A model generated the notes under the pieces. That model did not search any database, was not told where the DNA came from, and saw nothing but the letters and a program-made list of their open reading frames with translations. Shown one piece after another: positions 22,124 to 34,343 of a stretch of DNA of 64,000 nt. The stretch's first letter is position 1. Every line of letters starts with the position of its first letter. Position numbers and translations under genes: made by a program. The stretch is from Tubulanus polymorphus (taxonomy: Eukaryota > Animalia > Nemertea), in contig NC_134031.1 in assembly GCF_964204645.1 (NCBI RefSeq), positions 19,909,910-19,973,909 of the forward strand, read 5' to 3'.

Positions 22124-24192
22124 GTGTATGTATTATTGTAAAGTAAATATTCGTGTTATCAAAGTATCTACTCGACTTCCTGGTGTCATTATTAGTTATT
22201 CTTCCCTCGTGGTTTAGATGCAGCGAACTCTAGTTTCTTTTTGGCGAAGAATTCCTCTTCAGTCGGAGCGGGCGGATAACTCGGAACCACTAGTGACGGC
22301 ACTGGAAAAAGGAAGTAGGATTTCTGAGTTTGGTTGAAAATTCCACCATAACAGCCAATCGACGATGAAATGACAATTTTGTTTAGATTGCCCTCTTACC
22401 GATGCCCCGGGCAGCTATGAAATCTGGGGTGTGGCCGAATCGGGTTGTTTTCTGTTTGCCTTTCCATCGACGGAAAACCTCGTATTGCGGGTAGCAGTAC
22501 GATCGTCGAGAAATCGAATCCATCGCATATTCAATCTCGGGGGGAATACCTTATACAGAAAACAATTGAAATTATTGAAATTAGATTGTACCGGGTCCAG
22601 GGTAAACTGAAACAATTATTTCAAAACACAAAATCATAAAGAATTCTACAATAAAATTCTTGCAGATATTGGTTCATTCCTACCTTTGGGCGCATGTGCG
22701 TTCAATAGCCTTTCGATGGGACCGGATGAAAAATTTACTCTGCCTAAATGTTCAATCATTAGCGGGAAAGTAGTTTTGGTCGTGATCGGCGAGGGTTGCC
22801 ATATATCAAACGCCTGATGAGTAGAAATGAGGAAATTACAATCACGCCCTCATAGCTAAGGTACATGCAGTAATCCAGAGAAAATGGCTCTCAAACATTT
22901 TGATACCGTATTGTCTTTGTTGTACGGACTCTGTCTGACCAGACCCTTGGGATGAGGATTGATACGCCTGGTCGGTGATAGGATCCTCGGCAGGCGGGTT
23001 ATGGTTTCAGTTTTATTCGTAAAGTCTCGTAATGTAGTTGTTCGAGCCCGATGGAATTTCTTGGTGTAAACGTTGGCCATCTTTCCATGTTCCCCACCAT
23101 CCGGTCGACGACGACCGTTCCCAAGCGACGGCCGTTACCATGAGAAGATGTATCACAAAGGAATTTCAACTTCCATATTTACTATTTTGATACAAGAAAG
23201 GTCAAGTAGCTTTTGAACTACCAAGCTTGTAAGAAAATTATGTAGGCCTATTCTCCATTTGGAAATGTCCACAGGGGTTGCTTACCAAATTCAATTGGAA
23301 TGTGATTACCATGGCCATTTCAAGAAAGAACAAATTTTTTCGAAAATATTTTGTCATTTTGTAGAATGTCATCATTACGAAAATATCTGGACTCAAAAAT
23401 GAATACTTCACCGGAGAAATGCAGTAAATTCTTGTTGATCAGATGTTAATATTCTTTTCTGTTTGTTAACAATTTTCGACGTGTGTGCCACTTGAAAAGA
23501 ATATGCTCACAGATTCGAAAGGTTTTCGCAATTTTGGCTATTGTGACAAAAAGGACATGAACTGAAACGACTAATTTCATATTATATTCAGAAGTGATGA
23601 TTTCTGAGAGATTCTGACTTTGTATCACTTTAAGTCTTTCATTATCCTCTAAGCGATCTTCATTCAACATTTGCATCTTTAACGAATAGATTGATTAAAG
23701 CGCAAGACATCGTTTTTTTAGATAGAATTTCGCTTTTTAATTCGAATATTAATTCATAATTACAAAGAACAAATAAAGGATAAAATCAATGAATATATTA
23801 TTGAATAAAAGTCGATCGAAGCCATTAGTTCATCATACATTTGATTGTAGTTAGGCTGATTTGATTTGAGATCTTAGCAAGAGATTTATTAAAATCTTTA
23901 CTCATTTACATTCTTATTGAATCGTCTGCCAACCCTTGAAGCACCGACTACACCTGCTATTTTCGAGTCCCTGATTTCCCCTAAAAATGGCAAATATCTT
24001 GAGTAGAATATAGAGCAAGATAATATCTGTAGACATGAACCCGAAATGAATAAGTAATCGACTCTCTAAAGGAAAATTTAAAAAGACTGCAGAAAATTAA
24101 TCATATTTCGTGCATGACATTAAAAAAGTAACTTTATCCGTGGCATTGTGAAAACCCGTAACGATCCAACACCTATTTTCCAAATGAAGCGA

Positions 24193-25230
24193 TCAATGCA
24201 GATGCCACATCGGACCAGATATCTCAGGTTTACGCTTTGGTTTTATGCAAGGTGTAGTTTTTGAGATGATATCCAAGCTTATGCTGCGTTCGACAGGATT
24301 TTCTTTCGCGGAGAACAAGATACCGTATGTCAGACCATTCAGCACTGTCTTGTAGGTTCTTCGAAAATTTTTGTTCATCAACGGGTACATGACGTGATTG
24401 ACACAAGCGTTCGAGATCGCCATCCAACCGACTGTTCGTTTAGTGGCGAACGTGCCAGTTTTGTCCATCACCAGTAACCAAATCACCCATGGCATGAATA
24501 AAATCGCGAATAAAATTGCCGACGCGAACATCATTCTAATAGCTCGCCATTCCCTCAAAGAAAGCAGACGCTTATTGCAAATGGTATCGCGACGATGGAT
24601 TCGCATGCGAACCCGTTTCATTTTGTAACAGATCAGAGAATACACGGAAAACGCCAGCGATATCGGTAGAAATGTTCCGAACAAGAGGGAGACGATCTTT
24701 GATTTATCATTTTCTTTAGTGACGAAACACGTCATTAAGTATGAACAATGGCCGAACTTAATTGTACTAGTAGCGTAAAGGCTACCGAGATACACAAACC
24801 AAAATAACCATGTGGCAATGATCGCGATCAATATGAAACAGCGGTTGAAATATCTTCTGTAAAAACCAGGACGACATATTCTAAAATATCTATCGATTGC
24901 AATCATCATCACGGCGGAACCGCTCTCACCGAGTGTCGCGTAAAGAATCGTCCCAAGAAATATGCAGACGTTGTCATCGTACGGTGTATTATTTCTGATT
25001 ATTGAAATGAAAATAGTTGGGATAATCACTATCGTAATCGACATATCAGTTACGGCTACATTGGCCAAAAGAACGCCGGTTTGATCGCGAAGTCTTTCAT
25101 CGACTTTTATCGCCCCGAAAACCAACACACCGCCCAGTGTTCCTATTATGAATAAAAATGCGCAGAATATTCCAAATATCATTCGAGCTGCGTCCGAATC
25201 TTCACCGGTTGTTGAACAATTATTTACCAT
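24193..25230 (-). CDS. Intronless class A GPCR, melatonin-receptor/Moody-Tre1-like orphan (~345 aa)
   Basis: Likely ATG at 25230 (MVNNCS, N-glycosylation site); LANVAVTD (TM2), DNVC (Cys3.25), IAIDRYFRIC (TM3), W4.50, ECL2 Cys, MMFASAILFAILFMP (TM6), SNACVNHVMYPLMNKNFRRTY (TM7/H8). Confidence 0.88.
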   Translation of the reverse strand: MVNNCSTTGEDSDAARMIFGIFCAFLFIIGTLGGVLVFGAIKVDERLRDQTGVLLANVAVTDMSITIVIIPTIFISIIRNNTPYDDNVCIFLGTILYATLGESGSAVMMIAIDRYFRICRPGFYRRYFNRCFILIAIIATWLFWFVYLGSLYATSTIKFGHCSYLMTCFVTKENDKSKIVSLLFGTFLPISLAFSVYSLICYKMKRVRMRIHRRDTICNKRLLSLREWRAIRMMFASAILFAILFMPWVIWLLVMDKTGTFATKRTVGWMAISNACVNHVMYPLMNKNFRRTYKTVLNGLTYGILFSAKENPVERSISLDIISKTTPCIKPKRKPEISGPMWHLH

Positions 25231-25799
25231 GTTGTGCTGTGTTGTCGATGGCAATAGATGATGCAAAATTTCGATGATCGGACGGCTCGATTCGAAAGAC
25301 CTTGTGTGCGGCGAGTGACTGAAAATGTTTGTGCTCGACGATCGACAAAAAAACAATAAAGAAACACAAAAAAATGATCAAGGAAGTATGACTAACCAAG
25401 TATTAGACTATGGAACGAGGAAGCATTGAACACCATCAGTAATTATATTTTGTGGTATTTCCTTGAATGCCCACGACAAAGTACAAAGTAAGGGCTTCAT
25501 TTTCTCGTATTCATTGTGTTAGTTTAATACGGAAACTCCCTCATAGCCGTTGGAATATCTATAATTCATATATTTCATAAAAATCCTATCGTTCCCTCAT
25601 TGGCGGTCTCTCGGCTGCGAAAGGTTGAAAGCCTGTTTTGGGCGATGGCTATAGTGACATCGCTTATCTCGTAATACTTCGACAGCTCAACAAATCGGTC
25701 ATACATTAGCACCAACAACAGTCTATGGGTCCGATGTGAAGTGTAAAGCTGTAATGCGGTTGAAAAAATTGACATTATCATTCTTTTAGTCTATTTCTC

Positions 25800-25841
25800 A
25801 CACCTGATGATGATCTCTGGGGTGAGATCGAAACGTCGTGT
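25800..25841 (+). ncRNA. Minimal type I hammerhead ribozyme (Penelope-like-element type)
   Basis: ACAC-CTGATGA-T-GATCTC-TGGGGT-GAGATC-GAAA-CG-TC-GTGT: stem I 4 bp (25800-803/25838-841), core CUGAUGA 25804-810, stem II 6 bp, GAAA 25830-833, palindromic ACGU in place of stem III, GUC cleavage triplet ending at 25837. Confidence 0.75.
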
Positions 25842-28800
25842 ATTTTATATATTTTAGATTGTTCGACTAAATAAATTCTTGGTTTGAAAATTCTTTTAAT
25901 CTTATTGGCATTATCATGTTTTTTTTCGATATTGTTCAAGCCTGTCCTTGCACCAGTTGGTGGGGAACATTGGGTTGGAAAAAGGAAGTAGATTGCAAGA
26001 TGTTAGAAAACCACTGGGAGGCAAAAACATTAGTAAGAGTTGTGACGAATAAAAAATTTCAAAATCAATCATACAACAATATCTAGGTATATACTCGATG
26101 AATTATAATGTAAGTTCCTTAAACACGTGGACTATATTCAAAAACAGTCCAACCACTTAAAATATTCAACTTAAATGCTCGAATTTCTTGTTTTTACTAT
26201 AGGATTTAGAAGAGGTGGTCTGTGCCCTTTCCTGCGTTGATGTATCAATATTTTTGATTTTAATTGGATTGAACTTTTTGATACAGCCGTTGCACAACAA
26301 ATTCTCTAGCGAGTGAATCGTTACAGTCGATATTAAACAAATTATTTCATCAATTGATACTACAGCCGCTACGAAACAAATTATTCCCGCGGCGGTTTAA
26401 ATCATTTCCTGGTTTCGAAACCCGGTTTCGAAATCTCGAAATCACCCATCGCATTCCGCTGATTCAATAGTTGTGGATTAATTGGGGTACACTTTCAGCA
26501 GGCAATCTATCACCAATGGTTACCAACCCTTCCTGGTAGAAATTTATGTTAACGGCGCTATCTGGTAAAACTAGGTCCATCCTATCTGCCAATCTGGTTG
26601 GTGGTAAGTAGTAGGGTAGTAGTACTAGTAAGCAAGTAGTAGGATAAAAGAAAGTTAATTCTTCAGTAATGGAACGCCACTCGTCAGACAGGTTCTAATC
26701 TAAAAACCTGTAAGCTTAGCAGTCTGGGTTGATACAGTACTGCTGGCCTGGGGGTGTATCAATCATTGCATGCTATTAAACACTATTCTTTATCGTAAAT
26801 TTATCATTTGAAATTGTTTACTGTAGTAGCCTAGTCCTAGTAGAACAGAATGTAAGGCTGGCTTCAAAGACTTCATTTACTACAATTCAAAGAAACCAGT
26901 GGAAGAACCTCTGCAGCCTTTAGAATTCCCTTTTATGTCTATCTACAATAGGGAATAATTAGTTAATTAATGGATTGTGCTTATTCATTAGAATTCATCA
27001 GTATTTATTATGGAAACGAGAAGAATAGGCTATGACATGTTCATCCCGCACCCCCATCCCTGCTGCAATACGGCATTCATGAAAATATGTCTGTTTTATG
27101 ATCGTCTGACTGAAGAGACACGATACACAGTATTGTAGTAGTGCGTATTGAAATGCACTCGATCGGTCGTTGTTCATGATTGTCTCAGATTGTGTTATAT
27201 ATATATATATGAATGTAGTAGTGGCATGTGGTTTGTGACTGGTATATAGTCTTTAAGTGTGCCACTGTTCACGCATGTACTGTGTATATATTCTACATTC
27301 GTTCTCTCAAGACGCGTTACTGTTCTGGATTATGATTAAGATTAACAGGGATTAAGTCGGATTCATATATAGTCGGAATCTAGCCTTAGACACTCAAAAC
27401 TGAAAGTAAGTGATTTTTTCATTGCACGCTCAATGAATTATTTTTTATCCGAGTCCGGGTAGTTTTTATTACTTCTTAAGATTATTAAGTAAATCACAAT
27501 GTTTTACTCATAGGTACTTTTCTCTAAGCTGTTCTAGACTTAAATATGTATGTAGGGCTTTGCTAAGTAATTTTTCTTGAAATTACAAAATTTAGATTAT
27601 GTTTACTGTATGTAAGGTGAAGGTTTTTCCAAAAATATATTCCATATTTTCACCATAATGATACCAAAAAAAGATGAATTAGGTTTTAGGAAAAAAAAGC
27701 TATATTAACTATATAGAAAGAAAAGCTATTAAGGGATTTGAGCCATCTTCGAAAACTTTTTTGAACATTTTGAACATACAACTTTGTAAGTTAATCAAAA
27801 TCGTAATTATTTATGAGGTTTTATTTTTCAACTGGATTTGATGGTCACTTGTCTGTGTTTGTTTGGAATGATCATTCGACTTCATCATTCAATTTCAAAT
27901 CGTTACTCCAAGGCGTATGGAAAAAAACTGAAATAGCTAGCTCTATATGATCGTGGAATTCAAAGTTAAGACAAATAATATTCATAAATTGATCGACATC
28001 ATAAAATTGAATTCATAATGAAATTCTTTACAATCAGTTTCAGACGAGGTGTGATAATCGTGTGTATAGTTCTTAACAAGAACTAATTACTGTTTTATTG
28101 CCTTCTTTATTCAGTCATTGAAAAGCTGCGATGCTTTTATATTTTTCTAATGTATCGAACGAAAATACCTCAGTAATTTTGTTACAATACACGACGACAT
28201 TGGTCGAATTATTTATTAACGTTCACTCGTATTTTTATTGCTAAAAGAGAAACGTGATACGTCTCCTCTCGACCTCTTCGGAATTTCTACCATTTTTGAA
28301 TGATAGATCTTCGCTTGTATCCGATTCAATAGATAGATATTTATTTGTGCGAAAAAACTGACTGCGCTGACAAAAGATTTCACCATATTTTGGAAAGTTT
28401 CGGAACATCGGAGAAGCTATGGAAATTTGTTTATTTTATTTATGCCTATGAAAAATCAGAAAATAGTCTCAAAATAATATTTTCCTTCTATTTAGAATTT
28501 TACCTAGATGTCTTACTACACATGTCATTTTGATAACAAACTTGGCGAATGGTATCGATATTTGGCACTTATTTACTTCGAATGAGTCTACATTGCCTGA
28601 AGTGTTAGAAGTAACGATCTTATAGAGATTTAACAGTGGGTAATTAACAATTAGAAATATCTATAACGATCTGAATGATTTGAAGGCCTAGAATACATTG
28701 ATTTCTGCATTAACGGTTTATCAGTGATTTACCTATAATGGATTCATATCAGATTTATTTAGACCTTGGAGTGAACATCTTGACGTCTTGAAGTCAAGAT

Positions 28801-29235
28801 GATTACTTTCAGACCGCAGTCGATCAGATTCTAAAACTAATATTTACCATCAGAAATTAAATATATAGGCCTACTCAATATTGTTCGTTGAGCAGTAAAT
28901 TTGTGGACATAAATCAGGACATCATTGACCGTACTATGAACTATGAAATGTAAATCTGTATGATTTTAGCCAGTCCAAGTTTGTTGTATTGTTAGCAGGG
29001 CTTCCTGCGAACGAACGTGCCTGAGTACGACTCTCGTTTCTTGGCACTATTTTTGTTTACTATTATTGGTCTAGGCGACCTGACATTTAGTCGGCTCATC
29101 AATGTTTACTAGAGGATTATGAGCGAAGGTATAATGATTAGGATTTTAGTAACATTCATTTTAAGTCACACGTGATATGTCAGTTCTGGGCCTGTCATTT
29201 ATTTCAAGGTGTAAGGCTGTTCTGTAGCTAATCTA

Positions 29236-29419
29236 GCTGGGATCACAAGGGAAGGATTTGGCCGGGGTCAAACTGGCCCAGACCCAAGTAATTAGGCCTG
29301 TTATCAAAATTTGGCACAGGCCTGGCTCGAGGATTTTTGTGAAACATTCATGCACACATTGGCACCAACAGTTGACCTGGGCCTAATGTGGCACGCGCCA
29401 AAAATGCTGTGATCGTTGC
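29236..29419. mobile_element. PIF/Harbinger-like MITE (family A)
   Basis: GCTGGGATCACA...TGTGATCGTTGC flanked by CTA/TTA; TTTGGCAC repeats. Confidence 0.6.
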
Positions 29420-30799
29420 TTAGAATATGAAAGAAGTTTATTTTTTGTCTGATATAAGTGATCATTTTTTGCCCTACTATAATATACTGATAGTACCCTA
29501 TAGATTCTATGAATAGTTCTAATCATATCTTCAGGTTAGAGTTTGCGGTTTGGTACTTCCCCTGGCCCCTGGGGCTTACGCAAAAAGATATGATCGGTTA
29601 AGACCGTTGACTTACAAAAATTTCTGGGTCAAGAATATGAAAAAAAACCTAATTCGGCAACAGTTGCTGGTCGTTGATAGAATTGAAATCTTATCCATTT
29701 CTCAAGTGTAGCTGTCATTCTGTTTAAGGCTATCATTTGGTATTGAAAGTGAAAATACTTACAATCCAGCGGAGAAAAATATCAATTTTCAGTTTTGAAA
29801 GCATGAAAACATAACAGTTTACCTAAACTTGAGTACCGCAACGCGCAACAACGCATAAACAAATGATTTTTAATCGAATTTGTAAATTTCACTTCCTCTC
29901 AGCGTTGATGATCAATCATCTCAGTTGCTCTTATCACGGCGCTGGTACCAGTAGTCCGAGTAGTCAAATATCGCATTCAGCAAGCTATTGCAGGCAATGA
30001 TTATATATCACTTCACCTCACACCTCTCTCGCTCTTTTCTAAACTCAGAATTTTAAATACATATGAATAGAATATACATAAATTCTTATACGAATCACCT
30101 TTTTGATTTGGTATATTATTTTGCGAAGCAGACATGCTCGGTGAATTAATTCTAAATGTTTGTTTTATGTTCAAATTATTTTTCTTCCGTCGTGGTCGAC
30201 ATCAAGCAGTTGTTTTCCTCTCTCATTGTGAGCTATTGACTGAAACTTTTCATTTAGTAGAAATTGTTAATAGTAATGTCACCGATGTTGTAGGTTTCTT
30301 TCTTCTTTTCATATTTCAAGACTTCCTGGAAAATTCGTCCATTTGTCTTGAACCATATATATATAGATATATATATAATTAGTTTATTGTCATCTTTTAT
30401 ACATAAATAAAAGCCAGCCTATATAGGCTTACAAGACAAAAAGGAGTTCTGTTGGTTAAATGTACCAATTATTATACGTCTTGGCTTGTACTAACGGCAA
30501 GACCTCAATTCGTTCAACCATCGGGGTCATTAGAATAAGATGTCCTTGTTTCACCTTTTCACTCTTCAAACAGTTATTAAGCTATTGTCGTAGAAAATTA
30601 CCAGAAAAGAATAAAAAACTAATTTGCCTTCGTTTTTATTACGCCACCCAAGCATTTTAACGATCGTCCTTTCTGCTGGACAAATAAACCTATATTGTTT
30701 TCTGTTCAGAATTGTTCGGTTTGATTTCCTGTTCTACATTCTTCTCTGCATTGGTGAAAGTCTTATGTATTAAATATAGATCAATTATTCGATACTTAA

Positions 30800-31000
30800 C
30801 CCTTTTATAGCTGTGTTAGAGACTCATATTATCGCGATTAAGCCTCTGGTTTTATAGTGACATGAAATTTACCATCAGGGAATATTTGAAATTTTTAGTT
30901 TGATGGCTGATAATCACGTTATTACCTTGAATGAAAATATTTCCAAATTCCGTCAGTGAATTAAAGTAGGTTTTTCATAATTTTTTCTTAGTTAAAAGGG
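30800..31000. mobile_element. piggyBac-like MITE relic
   Basis: TTAA-CCCTTTTA...TAAAAGGG-TTAC. Confidence 0.5.
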
Positions 31001-31194
31001 TTACTCTACATCAATATATAAATTGATTTAAAACATTTCTGGAACTGGCAGCAAAAAGGTTCAAAGTCCTTTCCAGATTTCTTTCATGTCATGAAATATT
31101 TCTCATATTCAGAATGATATTGTGTACGAAAAATATTTCGCGTGCCATTTATGAAAAGCTTTTTAAATTACAGATCACTGACGATACAGTACTG

Positions 31195-31268
31195 TCTATA
31201 GTCTACCTATAGTCTGTCTATAGTCTACCTATAGCCTACCTATAGTCTACCTATAGTCTACCTATAGT
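31195..31268. repeat. 11-bp minisatellite (CTATAGTCTAC)n, ~7 copies
   Basis: Direct inspection. Confidence 0.9.
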
Positions 31269-33557
31269 CCTCTGATTTGTAGTGATTTCTTATGGATAGA
31301 ATGTTCCAACGTGTATAGATTATTAATTAAATGAATTTTAAGTATTCAATTGAAATGAACTATTCACACTTATTTCTCTACGTGGACTTCGAAGCTTTTT
31401 CAGCATTTTATTTTGAATGAAAAGAAATCCATACATCATTTGTAGATAAAACCACCCGGACCTGGTTTTATAGCTCTAAGTTGAGTTTCACTGTGACTGT
31501 TACAGTTAGATCATACCAAACGCTCACTCTAGTCTGGGTAAAATTGGTCCATTCCGTCTTAAAACTGACCAATTCAAAGCCTGACCGGAAATTACTTATC
31601 CTGGTCATATTTTCAATTTGAGAAGGGACCATTTATTTGTGGAGGAATGGAAACTTAGCTTGAATTGCCTGTCAATCAGAGTTGTATTTAGCTGGACCAT
31701 TGATAACAAATGATTTAAAAACGAGAATTTCGCATGTGAGAGTTTTGACAAACGGCTAATACATATGTATAGGAGATGCATTAAATCATGGTCCGATATT
31801 CTGATCATATTTAGTATGATAATAAAAAAGTGTATTTACTGATTTATATGTTCGAGAAATAGTGATAAATTTTCATCAGTATTTTAGCAGCACCGCGACA
31901 TCTCTCGCTGTCTGGCGGTCGGTCTTCGGTATAACAAGAGAGAAATGAGCAAATAACATCCGTCGTGTCACGAATTGAGTTGACCTTTAAAGTAACGGTT
32001 ATCTGTGAAATGTCAGACGCCACTCGGGGATTCGTCATCAACCTGAAGATAATGCGTCCCGTGACACCGGGTCCCATCTTTCTACACCTGCTTCGTACCG
32101 AGTTAAACACCTTCGTTAACGCGAGATTTCTTCTCGGGTAAATTTACATTTTCTCGAATATCAGTTTCGTGAAATTTTGTGTAATTAACTTTGTCATATC
32201 GGTATAATACCGGATTGGATGTTCATGAGTGCTCGAATTCGCTGAATTGCACTTTAAATGTAAATGTCGCGATTCGTTAATCATTTTGAGGTATATTGAA
32301 CTTTTCGAGCGCCCACGGGAATGAAATGAATGATGAGGTTTTTTTGTTTATCATTTTATCTCTGTAATCCACGGTCTATTGATGCAAATGGTTAAACACA
32401 CTTTTTGAGTTGTTATTTACGATCATTCGGTTCTAAATGATCTGAATCAAAGCCACGATATAAAACTAAAAGAATGAAAAATTAGTTAAAAGATTGAATT
32501 TTCAGGTTTCAATTGAAAACTATCATCAAGGAATTCATTGCGGTTTTGACACTTCAGATTCTATTTGCGACATGCAGTAATTTTCTACCTCACTCTAAAT
32601 CAAAGTGTGTTTGTGTACTAGAAATCCTAAGAAAACCTATGTTAATTAGTGATCATTTTCCAAGGTTGGGAAAGTTATGAAATTTTCATGTCTGAAGCTA
32701 TGAAAAAGCTATCGAATTATATGGAACATTTTGAATATAGTCTGGATGATTTTTCTTATGGTTATAGTACTGTAGGACTAGTATATCTATTTTCATAAAC
32801 GTTCAATCCTGCCTTGTGGGCATAAGCTCATGTCTCATTTAGCAGTTATCAAAATTTGGTTATTTTGCCCTGGATAAAGATATGCAAAGCCAATGACTGC
32901 AAATGGTACATACCCTGTTTTTTCTGTAGAGTACCTTTAAAAGGTAAATGGTAAATATTGTTAGAAATGATGAAACTGAGTCGCTATAGCCAAACTCTAA
33001 ACATAGCAATTAAGTAATTTTGTCGGGGAGATATGATTGAATTAGCCGATATTAACTAATTATACAGGTCTCCACTCATGCACAGTCCTGATGGATAGAG
33101 GAAGTGATTTGTGCTAATAACCCAGGTCCCTTGATGAATACCATCTCCACAACTGCACCTGGGGTAACATTTTGCTTTTGTCAATAACGAAAGCGCTGGC
33201 ATTGTTTTCTTTAAACTTTTTCATGGCAAAAGACTAGTCAATTTTTTGAAGGGGGGGAATGCTTCGACTGTAAATCATGCTTTTTTGTTGGCTTTTTACT
33301 TAAGATACTGAATAAAACTGTTGGGTTGTTTAAGAAATCGAACTTTCCGCTCTGTGACCTTTCTGTATTTGTGTATTAAAGCGTTTTTATCCGCCCATGC
33401 AGTCTTCAGCTTTGTTGTTATTCTGAAATGACACTTTTGCCCGCCGGCTATTGTGTATTCAGCCTGTCATTGTAAACTTTCTGCATCAATTGATTATTCA
33501 GTTTTCATCTAGTCAAAACCTACAACTGGACGTAAGGAAATAAATCTCCAACCGCAT

Positions 33558-33843
33558 GGCGTTCACACTATCGCTAGTTAGCAGTTCGTAGGTCCGTCCT
33601 AATTCGGAACGGAACAATTTAAAATGGACAAAATCAATGAACATTTTTGAATCAGCTGTTATCTCTGGTCCAGCTAAACGCAACACTGTGATTGACAGGA
33701 AGAGATGTTCCTATTCACTGAAAAATGGTCCATTCTAGAATTTAGAACATACCAATTTAGAAAGTACTTTTCCTATTATGAAAACTCGGTTCGTCCGGTC
33801 GGTCTAAACAGACCAAATTATAAATACTGTAGTGAATACAGCG
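33558..33843. mobile_element. Harbinger-like MITE (family B)
   Basis: GCGTTCACACTA...TAGTGAATACAGC ends; core TGGTCCAGCTAAACGCAAC..GTGATTGACAGG also at ~7700, ~31670 (reverse) and ~50030. Confidence 0.55.
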
Positions 33844-34327
33844 GTTATTCTTTATACAAATAATTTCCTGGTTGGTTCGAGTCAATTGTCAAGTTGAAAT
33901 AGTAGTTGTATTAGCTGAATATATTGATATTTCTGATAATTCTGTTATTGATGTCGACTCCAACTGAGATGAATCTGTGAGGATTTTCAGTATCTCGCTG
34001 TGAGCCTCTGAGGCACCAGATGCAACAAAATCGTTTGTACTCTGTGAACAATGTTAAATGTGTGTTGTTGTCCGGACTTGGATAGAGACGATTGATTACA
34101 CAATCTTCAGTATCTGCAATTAGCAAAACGAAGCTGTATCTGAAATCTCTCATCAGTAATGTTTTTGTTACAGTAGTAATGACTGCGATGAATTTAGATC
34201 AGTTGTTGTGAGATTCACTGTTCGTTCGTTCTGCGGGGATTTGTTTCATTACGGTGTTGAATATTTTTCAACTCTCTTTTTACAGAATGTTTTTATTGGA
34301 TGATGAAATACAATAAAACTACGCACG

Positions 34328-34343
34328 ATGACTGAAGGAAAAG
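34328..34343 (+). CDS. PLEKHG5: PLEKHG5 first coding exon (MTEGK)
   Basis: Acceptor at ~34285, in-frame stop upstream of the ATG, donor G|GTAAGC phase 1 matching the next exon. Confidence 0.6.

Noticed and set aside
22815-22840. Second CTGATGA...GAAA hammerhead-like core (also ~8010 and reverse strand ~46450)
   Set aside because: No stem II or stem I pairing
25231-25356. N-terminal extension of the GPCR given by the ORF track (start 25356)
   Set aside because: Begins at a TTG; the first ATG (25230) gives a typical short glycosylated N-terminus
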